This document shows positions 23,904 through 34,620 of a stretch of DNA of 64,000 nucleotides, in pieces. The DNA is taken from contig BCKQ01000004.1 in the NCBI GenBank assembly GCA_001600695.1, positions 1,222,255 through 1,286,254 on the forward strand, in the 5' to 3' direction. Made by a program: the position numbers and the translations under genes. Positions within the stretch are counted from its first letter, which is position 1, and every line of letters begins with the position of its first letter. This DNA comes from Ascoidea asiatica JCM 7603 (taxonomy: Eukaryota > Fungi > Ascomycota). A model generated the notes under the pieces. It ran no database searches. It saw nothing but the letters and a program-made list of their open reading frames with translations, and was not told the DNA's origin.

Positions 23904-26900
23904 ATGCCAAATTCTGCAATGGATTTAAATCAAATTGTTAATGATTTCAATTCAGTTACAAATTCAAATGCCAATACCAATGTCAATTCCAATTTAAATT
24001 CTAATTCTAATTCTAATTCTAGTTCTAGTTCAAGTTCTAGTTCTAGTTCTAGTTTAGAATTTACTGAAAATTTATTGAACTTAAAGAATATATTAATATT
24101 ATTAATTGATGATTTGAATGATAAAGATCCAAATTACATCAATGGCACATCTTTTGGCTTGAATTTAGAATTCTTTAATCAATTTTTAAATAAATTGAAT
24201 AACTTATTAAGTAATGGAATTATAAATGAAAATAAAAATAAAAATAAAAATGAAAATGAAAATGAAGTAGTTAAATCACTTTTAGAGATTTCTTTTATAA
24301 ATTATATCAATGATTTAATTTCCTCGAATAAAGTTAATTTAATCTTTAATAATAATGATAATAATGACTATAACAATAATAAGGTCTCTAATTCAATATT
24401 AAATAAATTATCAATATTATTCGATTTATCAATATTTCTATATAATTCAAATTATAATTCAGATTATAATCTATTAGATTTCCCACATAAAATTATATCA
24501 TATATTTTTGAAAATATATTCAATATAAATCAAATTCATTTATTTTGGAAATTTAATATAAAAAGATTTAATTTTTATATTAAAAAAAATAATTTATCTA
24601 TAAAAAAAAATCCTGGTAATATAATTTCATTAATGATTAATAATTTAATTAAAAAAATTAATAATTCAAATTTATCATTTAATTATATTATTTCAAATAA
24701 TAAAAATTTCACAACTTTTTCATTTAAAGGTGAATTATTAATTTTTGTTCAATTTTGTTTTAAAATTAATGATAATTTTCTTATTAATAAAAAATTTAAA
24801 ATTAATACAATTTCAAATTTAAATTTAAATTCAAATTTTAATTTATCTTATAATTCAATTTATAATAATATTAATACAAATAATATTAATGGTTTTCAAG
24901 ATTTTTGGTTTTTATATTCAATTTTATCAAATCCATTATTATATATTAATGATATTAATAAAATGAATCAATTCAAATCAATACTTGCAGAAAATTTTGA
25001 ATTTATTTCAAATTTAGAAAAAAATTATTATTATAAAAATAATTTAATAAAAATTAAACAGAAAAATTTATCAATAGATCAAAGAATTAATTTAAAAAAT
25101 TATTCAAAAATCTTAATTAATTTAAAAAAAAACTTTTATAATAATAAAATATTTAATCCAATTTTTATAATTAATTTAAATGATTTCAATAATCAAATTT
25201 ATAATGATCATTTATTCAGACAAATGATTTTAATTCAAATGTTTATTATTTCTTCATTTTATTTTCAAATTTCTGGTAATGTAAGAGATGAATTTTTAGA
25301 TCAAAATAAAATTAAAAAATTAAATTCAATTGATTTTTTTAATGAAATAAATTTATCTAAATTTGAAACTGGATTTTATTTCAAATTCAAAAAAGAAATT
25401 CCAAAATTATATTTTAAACTTGATTTATCTTTTCATTTTAGTATTTTAACTTTAAAAGATGTTGGTGATAATTCTTGGTTAAGATGGAAATTACAAAATT
25501 CTCCAGATTTTTATAAATCTCCTTTATCAAATAATGAGTTAATTCAATTTATTGATAATATTTATAATAATCATATAAATACAACATTTGAAAAAAATAA
25601 AATCAATTTTAATCAATTCAATAAAATGGGAGATTTCAATTTATCTCAAATTTGGAAACTTGATTATGGTATTTGTAAAATTAATACAATTTCAAATAAA
25701 AATTGTAATAATTTCAATGAATTTATTGAAAAAAGTAGAATAGAGTTAAATAAAATTTATATTAAAAATAACTCTGATAATGATAAAATAAAAAAAAATA
25801 AAGATAATGAATTAAATAATATATTCATTGATAATGAAAAAATTAATAAATCAATTGAAGAAGTAAGTATTAATTGGAAATGTTTAAGATTTGCAAGAAA
25901 AAAGGGTCATTGGTTAAATTTCAATAGAATTACACCAAATAATGGATTTGAAGGTTTGTTCAATGATGATTTAATTTCTGATGTAAACCAATTAAATCTT
26001 GATTTCAATACTACTGATGAACAATTGAATGTCTCAACAAGTTATGAAAATTCCACTGATAGTCAAGAAAAAGATATAAGTGAAACTAAAGAAATTGATC
26101 TTGTTATAAAAGATAAAAATGAAGATCTTTTTAGTGAAAAATATTCTAATAATTCAATAAAATCTTCTAATTTATTTTCTCAAAATGAAAGTATAAGTTA
26201 TAATGATAATAATAGTAATGTTAAATTTAAACCAATTGATTCTCGGAAAAGATTTCATCCAAATCAGTTTAATCAGCGATGGAATTATAAAGTTGATGAA
26301 TATAGACCTAAATCCAAAGATCAAAAAGTTAATCATCGAGTTGATGAGTATAGACCAAAGCCAAAGGCTCCTCAGATTAACAATCAAACAAATAGTTGGA
26401 ACAGTGTAAATTTTACAAATCAAAGTCAATACAATAATAATAATACTAATAATCCTTCAATTCCTCAAGGTCCAAAAGAACCTTATCCTAGTCAGAATTT
26501 TAATAGTATGAATGCTAATAATGCCTGTTTTGAAAGTGGTTATAACGATAATAAAAATAATATCAATTATAATCATAATCAAAATTTTGGATTTCATAGC
26601 CAAGGATTTGATGACAGGAGCTATACTTCAAGAAATTACAATACTGGTTATAGTGATGGATATGAGTATGGAAATGAAAGTATTAATAGTAGTGGATATG
26701 TTAATAGATATAATAATAGTGGAAATAACATTGGAGGATATGAAAATGAGGGATATGATAATAATGAGTATATTGGGACAGATATTGGGTATAATAAGTC
26801 TAATTATAAGAAAAGAGGGTTTAATGAAACGACAATACTTACAAGTAATAATGAAGAAAGTAATAATAGTAATAATTCTAATACTTCAGGTAATTCAAGT

Positions 26901-26930
26901 AGTTATAAGAGAAGACAGTTTAGACAATAA
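23904..26930 (+). CDS. HPR1: THO complex subunit 1 (Hpr1/THOC1)-like protein with long low-complexity C-terminus
   Basis: Ordered blocks resemble THOC1: FKGELLIF, FWFLYSILSNP, DHLFRQMILIQ, SWLRWK, KMGDFNLSQIW and WKCLRFARK. Confidence 0.7.
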   Translation: MPNSAMDLNQIVNDFNSVTNSNANTNVNSNLNSNSNSNSSSSSSSSSSSSLEFTENLLNLKNILILLIDDLNDKDPNYINGTSFGLNLEFFNQFLNKLNNLLSNGIINENKNKNKNENENEVVKSLLEISFINYINDLISSNKVNLIFNNNDNNDYNNNKVSNSILNKLSILFDLSIFLYNSNYNSDYNLLDFPHKIISYIFENIFNINQIHLFWKFNIKRFNFYIKKNNLSIKKNPGNIISLMINNLIKKINNSNLSFNYIISNNKNFTTFSFKGELLIFVQFCFKINDNFLINKKFKINTISNLNLNSNFNLSYNSIYNNINTNNINGFQDFWFLYSILSNPLLYINDINKMNQFKSILAENFEFISNLEKNYYYKNNLIKIKQKNLSIDQRINLKNYSKILINLKKNFYNNKIFNPIFIINLNDFNNQIYNDHLFRQMILIQMFIISSFYFQISGNVRDEFLDQNKIKKLNSIDFFNEINLSKFETGFYFKFKKEIPKLYFKLDLSFHFSILTLKDVGDNSWLRWKLQNSPDFYKSPLSNNELIQFIDNIYNNHINTTFEKNKINFNQFNKMGDFNLSQIWKLDYGICKINTISNKNCNNFNEFIEKSRIELNKIYIKNNSDNDKIKKNKDNELNNIFIDNEKINKSIEEVSINWKCLRFARKKGHWLNFNRITPNNGFEGLFNDDLISDVNQLNLDFNTTDEQLNVSTSYENSTDSQEKDISETKEIDLVIKDKNEDLFSEKYSNNSIKSSNLFSQNESISYNDNNSNVKFKPIDSRKRFHPNQFNQRWNYKVDEYRPKSKDQKVNHRVDEYRPKPKAPQINNQTNSWNSVNFTNQSQYNNNNTNNPSIPQGPKEPYPSQNFNSMNANNACFESGYNDNKNNINYNHNQNFGFHSQGFDDRSYTSRNYNTGYSDGYEYGNESINSSGYVNRYNNSGNNIGGYENEGYDNNEYIGTDIGYNKSNYKKRGFNETTILTSNNEESNNSNNSNTSGNSSSYKRRQFRQ

Positions 26931-27118
26931 AAGAAATATAAGAAATAAGACAATTTAATGATTTTTAATGTTACAATGATTTTTAATAGATATAGAATTT
27001 TATAACTGTATTTATTTAATTTTTAGTTCTAATTTTTTTTTTTTTCTTTTTTAATTTATATACAAAAGTGGTTTTTATAAAAAATATATAAATATGAATA
27101 TGAATATATTATTATTGT

Positions 27119-28588
27119 TTAATGATAAAGATAATTACAAGAATTTAATAATTCACCCGGATTACCATTACCACTTAAAAAGAATTTTTGATTAACTAAT
27201 TGATCAATATTAAAATTTTTTGATTCTGAATTTAAGATTAAATTATTTGAGATTAATAAATTTAAGAAAGTTTTGAATTGAATTTTATTAAATTTTTTTA
27301 AATTTAAAATTTTTACAGAATCTAAAGAATTTAACCAATTTTGATCAAAAATATTTAAATTTTTTGAATTTGAATTATTTAAATAATTATAAGGATCATA
27401 ATTTAATTCATTTAATTTAATTTTTAAAGTATTATTTTTAAAAAATTTTGAAGAATTTGATAAGATTATTGAACCTTTATTAAAATTAAAATTATTTGAA
27501 ATTAAATCATTAATAAATTTACCAATTTGAAATTGATTAAAATTTATTGAAATATTATTTGAATTTTTATAATTTGTAATTGAATTATTTAAAATTATAT
27601 TAAAATTATCAATAAATAAATGAATTGAGATATTTGAATTTTTAGATAATTGAGATAATTCAATTTTAAGTATTTCAAAAATTTTAAATTTCATTACTGG
27701 TAAAATTTTTGAAGATGAACCAAGTTTTAATAAATCCATAATTGAATTTTTAGATTTTAAAAATTTTAAATTTTGATTAGTTTTAATTAAATCATTAAAA
27801 TTATAATTATTATTTAATTTAAAATTATTTGAATTTGGATTTAACTTAATTAAATTTGAAAATAATTTTTTAAGATACATTGGTTGTGAATATAAATTTA
27901 ATTCTCTTGAATAATTAAAATCAGAAGAACCATTAATAAGATTAATTGGATTATTAAAAGAGAATATAAAAGTTTTATTATTAAATAAAGAAGTATAAGC
28001 TAAAGATTGAATTAACATTGAAGTTTTACCAATATTTTTATTACCATTTATTAATAATTTATTTTCAGAAGTTGAAGTTTTAAAAGAATTATTTAAAAAT
28101 TTAAATAAATTTATTGAATTTTTATCATGAATTAAAGATATTGGATTTTGAAAAATTTCATTAAATTTTAAATTTTTTAATAAATTTGAATAAATTAAAG
28201 TTTTTAAAACATCATTATCATATTTTAATATAATTGGAGTAGTTGAAGTAGTTTCATCTTCATTTTCATATTTTTTTAAAATATTATTAATATTTTCAAT
28301 ATTAAATTCGTCTAATTTATCTATACTTGGAGCTCTTCTAATATATTTTTTACTTGAAATATAATCATTAAATAATAAATTTGTTTCACCATTTGAAGAT
28401 CTTTTAATTTGACTAAATTTTATTCTTCTATCATCATTTTTATTCTTACTAAAACCTTGAACTTGTTTTTTTTCATTTGAACTTGAAGCATTTAAATTAT
28501 TATTTAAAATATGAAAAGATTTATTAAGAATTTTAGAATTAATTGAAATTAAGGAATTTGAGTTCCTTATTGTAATAGATTTAAACAT
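27119..28588 (-). CDS. RSM23: Mitochondrial small-subunit ribosomal protein mS29 (DAP3 family)
   Basis: Presequence, P-loop-like INGNKNIGKT, LYSQPMYLK, FIDNF and C-terminal FLSGNGNPGELL. Confidence 0.85.
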   Translation of the reverse strand: MFKSITIRNSNSLISINSKILNKSFHILNNNLNASSSNEKKQVQGFSKNKNDDRRIKFSQIKRSSNGETNLLFNDYISSKKYIRRAPSIDKLDEFNIENINNILKKYENEDETTSTTPIILKYDNDVLKTLIYSNLLKNLKFNEIFQNPISLIHDKNSINLFKFLNNSFKTSTSENKLLINGNKNIGKTSMLIQSLAYTSLFNNKTFIFSFNNPINLINGSSDFNYSRELNLYSQPMYLKKLFSNLIKLNPNSNNFKLNNNYNFNDLIKTNQNLKFLKSKNSIMDLLKLGSSSKILPVMKFKIFEILKIELSQLSKNSNISIHLFIDNFNIILNNSITNYKNSNNISINFNQFQIGKFINDLISNNFNFNKGSIILSNSSKFFKNNTLKIKLNELNYDPYNYLNNSNSKNLNIFDQNWLNSLDSVKILNLKKFNKIQFKTFLNLLISNNLILNSESKNFNIDQLVNQKFFLSGNGNPGELLNSCNYLYH

Positions 28589-28785
28589 TTTATTAGATTA
28601 CTAGATAAATATCAAGAACTTCAAACAACAGGCTTCTCTTTTTATTCAATTACTCCAGACTCAATTACCAATCCAAACCTGTTTCTTCTTCTTCTTCTTC
28701 TTCTTCTTCTTCTTCTTCTTCTTCTTTTACACCTTCTTTTAATTTCATTTCGTTTTCATTTGCAAATTGCAGAAATTTCAAAAAA

Positions 28786-28793
28786 GTCACGTG
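28786..28793. promoter_or_regulatory. Cbf1 site in the RSM23/MET22 divergent promoter
   Basis: GTCACGTG, typical of sulfur-assimilation gene promoters. Confidence 0.55.
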
Positions 28794-29159
28794 GCAATAT
28801 CACCAGCCTCGTTTTAAAAGATATGGCTGGTGTTGCGGATGAGGTTGTGGCTGCGGAGGCGAGTAAAAATATTCAAGGCTGGTGAAGTGCTTCAAGTCAC
28901 TTTTAATTGCAGTTACCCTTTTTAGCAATTGAGCTGTTATCTCCGCCTGCACCAGTTCCGAGGGTATATAAATAAATACTTTATAATAAATACTTTATAA
29001 TATAAATACTTTATAATATAAATTAAATCATTTCAGTTTATTTACCACTAAAACACTAAAACACTAAAAGAATCTTTCAATCAATAAAGAATATAATCAT
29101 TTCAATCAGATAATAAGTCAATTAGCTTATATTACTTCAATTAAAGGTTAATTGTATTA

Positions 29160-30593
29160 ATGAACTGGTTCTTTTTAAGAAACTTTCTTATCTTATCTTT
29201 TCTATTGTTTATGGGAAAATTATTATTAAATTCTTCAATTTCTCAAAATTTCATAATCTCAATTTCTAATTTAAATAATTATAAAATCTTATTCAATAAA
29301 ATGTCTTCTTTTAATATAAATGAAAAATCTGATTCTTCTTCTTCATATCCATATCCATATCCATATTATAAAGAAACAATAATTGCTCAATTAGCTGTAC
29401 AAAAAGCTTCATTATTAGTTTCAAATTTATTATCTGAAGAAAATAATCTTATAAAAATTAAAAATAATGAAACTTTAATAAAATCTGATAATTCTCCAGT
29501 AACAATTGGTGATTATGCTTCTCAAGCAATTATAATTGATTCTATTTTAAATAATTTTCCAAATGATAAATTTATTGCAGAAGAATCTTCAAAAGATTTA
29601 AGATTAAAAAATAATAATAATTTAAAAATTGAAATTTTTAATCAAATTAAAAAAATTGATAATTTATTTAATTTAAATTTTCAAAATTTTGGTTATAATT
29701 TAAATAAATTTAATAAAATTGATGATATTTTAAATACAATTGATAAAGGATCAGAACCTTTTGAGTCTTTTGAGTCTTCTGAGTCTTCTGAGTCTTTTGA
29801 TTCTATAACAACTATTAAAAACCCAAAAAGATTTTGGACTTTAGATCCAATTGATGGTACCAAAGGTTTCCTAAGAAATGATCAATATTCAATTTGTCTT
29901 GCTTTAATTGAAAACAATGATGTTAAAGTTTCTGTAATTGGTGCTCCAAATTTACCAATTAATCTTAAAAATGATTTATTTAATAATAAAAATTTATTAA
30001 AAATTTATAATAATAATTTTAATAATGATTTAAATTTATTTATAAAAGATAATAATTATAAAAATTTTTTTCAAAAAGGTGGTTTATTTACTGCAATTAA
30101 AAATTTTGGTGCTTTTTATAATCCAATTTTTAAAAATTTAAATAATAATATTATTAAAAATTCTATAAAAATTAAAATGAATAAAAATTTAATCTCAATT
30201 TCTGATTTAATAATTTGTGAAGGTTATGAAAAAGGTCATTCATCTCATGAAACTCAAGATAAATTTAAGAAAATTTTAAATTTATCAAATCCTTCAAATT
30301 CAATTCAAATTGATTCTCAAGCAAAATATTGTCTTTTATCAAAAGGTGATGCTGATCTTTATTTAAGATTACCTTCAAATAAATTTTATGAAGAAAAAAT
30401 TTGGGATCATGCTTCTGGTTATCTTTTAATTAATGAAGCTGGTGGAAAAGTAACTGATATGTTTGGTAATGATTTAGATTTCTCAAATGGTAGAACTTTA
30501 AAATCAAAAGGTATAATTGCTTCAAATAATCAATTCCATGATCAAATTATTAAAACAGTTAATGATATAACTCATGGAGAAGCTGTGATTTAG
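29160..30593 (+). CDS. MET22: 3'(2'),5'-bisphosphate nucleotidase; main start may be ATG 29301
   Basis: KSDNSPVTIGDYASQA, IAEE, FWTLDPIDGTKGFLR, DSQAKY and EKIWDHASG. Confidence 0.95.
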   Translation: MNWFFLRNFLILSFLLFMGKLLLNSSISQNFIISISNLNNYKILFNKMSSFNINEKSDSSSSYPYPYPYYKETIIAQLAVQKASLLVSNLLSEENNLIKIKNNETLIKSDNSPVTIGDYASQAIIIDSILNNFPNDKFIAEESSKDLRLKNNNNLKIEIFNQIKKIDNLFNLNFQNFGYNLNKFNKIDDILNTIDKGSEPFESFESSESSESFDSITTIKNPKRFWTLDPIDGTKGFLRNDQYSICLALIENNDVKVSVIGAPNLPINLKNDLFNNKNLLKIYNNNFNNDLNLFIKDNNYKNFFQKGGLFTAIKNFGAFYNPIFKNLNNNIIKNSIKIKMNKNLISISDLIICEGYEKGHSSHETQDKFKKILNLSNPSNSIQIDSQAKYCLLSKGDADLYLRLPSNKFYEEKIWDHASGYLLINEAGGKVTDMFGNDLDFSNGRTLKSKGIIASNNQFHDQIIKTVNDITHGEAVI

Positions 30594-30670
30594 TATAAGA
30601 ACTAAAATTATTTATTTACATAATTATTTAATCTATAAACATTGAATAATATATACAAAAAATTACAATT

Positions 30671-33508
30671 TTAAAAGATAAAATTTATAATTGATGGTCT
30701 AACAATTACATTCTTTATATGTTTATCTAATAAAAAGGTTTTACCTTCTTTAGTTTCTAAGATTTTATTTATATAAAAATCATTATCTTTACTTATCTGA
30801 TAAAATTCTTTATTTTCTTTAAATTTAAATTTAAATTTTCCATTAATAAAAATCTTATAATCAATTTCATTTGATTTAATTTTATCTAAACTTTCTGGCC
30901 AATTTTGTAAAAAAATTGATTTCCATTTATAATCTTCATTTGTTTTATTTAAAATTTCCCATGATTCTTCTGCACAACATGGTGTAACTGGTGATATCAT
31001 AATTATTAATTTTTTAAAACATTCAATAATTAAAATTTTATTTATATTTGAATTTTCAATAGCATTTGAAATTATATGAGTTAATTTCATAAAATCTGAA
31101 ATAGCTGTATTTAATGATATACATTCTTCTAAAGTTGAAGTTATAGATTGTATGAAATCTTGAGTATTATTGAAAAAAATAATTTCATCATTATTTAAAT
31201 TATTATAATCAATTTTATTATTATTATAATTATTATTACTATTATTAATTTGAAATTTAGATATTATTTGACTTAATGATAATATTTTTTTTAGCCATCT
31301 TTGAACTCCAATAATTTTATGTTCATCCCAATTTAAAATATCTGTAACTGGAGCTTGAAATAAAATATGAGCTCTTGTTGAGTCTGCACCATATTTTTCG
31401 ATTGTTTTTGCAGGATCAACACCATTAAATTTTGATTTTGACATTTTTTCCCAAGAAATTTTTGGAATTTCATTTGAATTTAAAATTTTTGGTAATTTTT
31501 CACCATCTTTTGTTATTATAATATTATTAAAATCTAATTCTTCTGGTTTTAAGAATTTTCCATTAATTGGATTAACATAAGTTTTACCTTGAACCATACC
31601 TTGAGTTATTAATCTTTTAAAAGGTTCACCATTTAATTCTTCTTGATTTTTAATATAACCAATTTTATATAAAAATTTAGTTATAAATCTTGAATATAAT
31701 AAATGTAAAATTGCATGTTCAATACCACCAATATAAATATCTACAGGCATATTTTTTGAAATTTTTTCAATATCAAAAATTTTATTATTATTTTTATTAT
31801 CTAAATATCTTAAAAAATACCAAGAACTATCAATAAAAGTATCCATTGTATCAGTTTCTCTTTTTGAAATTTTATTACAATTTGGACATTTACAATTAAT
31901 AAATTCAGGAATTTTATCTAATGGATTACCACTACCACGACCAAAATTTTTTTCAATTTTTGGTAATAAAACAGGTAAATCAGATTCAGGTACTGGAACT
32001 GGACCACAATCATCACAATGAATTATTGGAATTGGAGTACCCCAATATCTTTGTCTTGAAATTAACCAATCTCTAATTTTAAATTTTATTTCAGGTTTAC
32101 CTAAATTTAAAGAAATTAATTTTGAAGATATTTTTTCAGTTGCATCTTTTATTGAAAGTCCAGAAAATTCTTTACAATTATTATTTAAATAACCTTCTGT
32201 TAAAGTATATGGTAAATTTATTGAAATTTTATTTTGTTTTAAAGGTAAAATTGATTGAATTATTGGTTTATTATTAGTATTTAAATTCCAAAATTGAAAA
32301 TCTCTTTGATCATGAGCAGGACAACCCATTACAGCACCATAACCATAAGTACTAATAACATAAGGAGCTATAAAAACAGGAATTTTAATATTATTATCTA
32401 AAGGATTTAAAACATAAAAATTTTTTAATTTATAACCAATTTTTGAATCATTTGGTTCATTTTTTGCAAATTCAATAAATTTTTTTAAATCATTATCAAT
32501 TTTTGAAAATTCTAAAGTTAAAGGATGATTTAAAGCTAAAGATAAGAATTGGATACTAAAAATAGTATCAGGTCTTGTTGTAAATACATCAATTTTACTT
32601 GAGGTAGAATTCGATGAGGTAGAATCTGATGATATGAAAGAAATTTTTAAACCATTTGATTTACCAATCCAATTTTTTTGCATAGTTTTAACTTTATTTG
32701 GCCATAATTTTAATAAATTTAAATCATTATTTAAATCATTTGCAAAATCAGTAATTTTTATAAACCATTGTTTTAATAATTTTTTTTGAACTTTAGCACC
32801 AGATCTCCAAGATTTACCATTTGAATCAACTTGTTCATTAGCTAAAACAGTATTATCAATTGGATCCCAATTAATTTCAGAATTTTTTTGATAAATTAAA
32901 TTATTTTTAAATAATAATAAAAATAAAAATTGAGTAAATTTATAATAATTTGAATTTGAAGTTGAAATTTCTTTTGACCAATCAAAATCAGATAACATTA
33001 AATTTAATTGAGATTTCATTTTATTAATATTATTAATTGTCCAAATTTTTGGATTTAAATTTCTATCAATTGCAGCATTTTCTGCAGGTAAACCAAATGA
33101 ATCCCAACCCATTGGATTAATAATATTAAAATTTTTTAATTTTAAAAATCTTGAAATTACATCATTAATTGTATAAACTCTTAAATGTCCCATATGTAAC
33201 ATTCCAGAAGGATATGGAAACATAGATAAAAGATAAAAATCTTTTTTATTTTTTATTGAATTTGATTCATTTCTTGGTTTGATTAAATTTTCTTTTGAAC
33301 TTTCAGACCAAATTTTTGACCATTTTGAATCTAAATCTAATAAATTTATAACTTTTGAAGTTTCTTTAGATTTTGTTGAATTTAATCTTTTTAAATTGTA
33401 ATTGTTATTGTTATTGTTATTGTTATTGAATATGGAGTTTCGATTATGATTTAATATAATTGGACTTATGGGTAGTCTTTGAAACCTAGCAGAAGAACAC
33501 CTCAACAT
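30671..33508 (-). CDS. NAM2: Mitochondrial leucyl-tRNA synthetase
   Basis: Presequence, SMFPYPSGMLHMGH, DWLISRQRYWGTPIP, YIGGIEHAILHLLY and KMSKSK. Confidence 0.97.
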   Translation of the reverse strand: MLRCSSARFQRLPISPIILNHNRNSIFNNNNNNNNNYNLKRLNSTKSKETSKVINLLDLDSKWSKIWSESSKENLIKPRNESNSIKNKKDFYLLSMFPYPSGMLHMGHLRVYTINDVISRFLKLKNFNIINPMGWDSFGLPAENAAIDRNLNPKIWTINNINKMKSQLNLMLSDFDWSKEISTSNSNYYKFTQFLFLLLFKNNLIYQKNSEINWDPIDNTVLANEQVDSNGKSWRSGAKVQKKLLKQWFIKITDFANDLNNDLNLLKLWPNKVKTMQKNWIGKSNGLKISFISSDSTSSNSTSSKIDVFTTRPDTIFSIQFLSLALNHPLTLEFSKIDNDLKKFIEFAKNEPNDSKIGYKLKNFYVLNPLDNNIKIPVFIAPYVISTYGYGAVMGCPAHDQRDFQFWNLNTNNKPIIQSILPLKQNKISINLPYTLTEGYLNNNCKEFSGLSIKDATEKISSKLISLNLGKPEIKFKIRDWLISRQRYWGTPIPIIHCDDCGPVPVPESDLPVLLPKIEKNFGRGSGNPLDKIPEFINCKCPNCNKISKRETDTMDTFIDSSWYFLRYLDNKNNNKIFDIEKISKNMPVDIYIGGIEHAILHLLYSRFITKFLYKIGYIKNQEELNGEPFKRLITQGMVQGKTYVNPINGKFLKPEELDFNNIIITKDGEKLPKILNSNEIPKISWEKMSKSKFNGVDPAKTIEKYGADSTRAHILFQAPVTDILNWDEHKIIGVQRWLKKILSLSQIISKFQINNSNNNYNNNKIDYNNLNNDEIIFFNNTQDFIQSITSTLEECISLNTAISDFMKLTHIISNAIENSNINKILIIECFKKLIIMISPVTPCCAEESWEILNKTNEDYKWKSIFLQNWPESLDKIKSNEIDYKIFINGKFKFKFKENKEFYQISKDNDFYINKILETKEGKTFLLDKHIKNVIVRPSIINFIF

Positions 33509-34012
33509 AATTACTTTCTATTATGCAACTCATCAAACACACCATCAATTGCTTCGCAGCTTCTGCTTCTTCTTCTGCTTCTTCTTCTTCTTTGCTTTCT
33601 CTTCTTTGCTTCTTCTGCTTCCTGTGTTTTCTTTCTTCCTTCTTCTTTCTTTCTTCTTTTTTCTTTTTTCTTCGAGATTTGTTTACAAAACCAGATCCGT
33701 GAAATATTATCCGGTCCGAGTGTTTCCATGGCATGGAACTGTAACTAATTTATATTTAATGTTCCTTGTACATGGTTTTTAGTTTCCGTACATCTCCGGC
33801 TGTTTCCTGAAAAGACCCACAGAACTGGCGTTGTCCCGTGTTTTCTCATTGACACTTGTTGAAAGTGTTGTAAAGAAGCAGTGTAGGCTTATTTATTATC
33901 AAATAAGTTGAATATTTATTGAAAAATTGAATATGATTGAATTGATTAATTATATATTAAGATCAAATGATAAATTAATAAAACAACTAAATATATATTA
34001 ATTCAATAAGAA

Positions 34013-34546
34013 ATGGCAAGAAAAGTAAAAGCTGTTAAATCAGCTCAATCATTATCAACCTCATCAACTTCATTACCTAAACAAGTAACTAAACAAGTAA
34101 CTAAACAAGTAACAAAACAAGTAACAAAATCTGGAAATGTTAAAAATTTATCAATTTTAAAAGAATTTCAAAATTCAATTAATATAATTTTAAAAGATTA
34201 TAAATTAAATTTTAATTCAAATAATTCAATTAAATTAATTGATTTATTTTTAGGTTATTTAATATTCTTAGGTATTATTCAATTTTTATTTGTTTTAATT
34301 GTTGGAAATTTTCCATTTAATGGATTCTTAGCTGGTTTTATTTCAACAGTTGGACAATTTGTATTAACAGTTTCTTTAAGATTACAATCTTTAAATATAT
34401 CGATTGAAAGCAATAATAAAGAAAATAATAAAGATAATGATAATGATATTGAAGAAAAAATAAAGTATATAAAAAGAAAATCATTAAGAGATTATATATT
34501 TGCAAGTTTAATCTTACATTTTATTGTACTTCACTTTATAAATTAG
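34013..34546 (+). CDS. OST2: Oligosaccharyltransferase epsilon subunit (DAD1 family)
   Basis: KLIDLFL, VGNFPFNGFLAGFISTVGQFVL and terminal LHFIN. The N-terminus carries four KQVT repeats. Confidence 0.95.
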   Translation: MARKVKAVKSAQSLSTSSTSLPKQVTKQVTKQVTKQVTKSGNVKNLSILKEFQNSINIILKDYKLNFNSNNSIKLIDLFLGYLIFLGIIQFLFVLIVGNFPFNGFLAGFISTVGQFVLTVSLRLQSLNISIESNNKENNKDNDNDIEEKIKYIKRKSLRDYIFASLILHFIVLHFIN

Positions 34547-34620
34547 ATATAATCAACTTTATAATTATATAAATATATATATAATAAGATATTAAGATAA
34601 TAAAATAATAAAATAATAAA

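Noticed and set aside
33479-33782. Overlapping short ORFs upstream of NAM2
   Set aside because: Artefacts of CTT/GAA repeats in the NAM2-OST2 divergent promoter.
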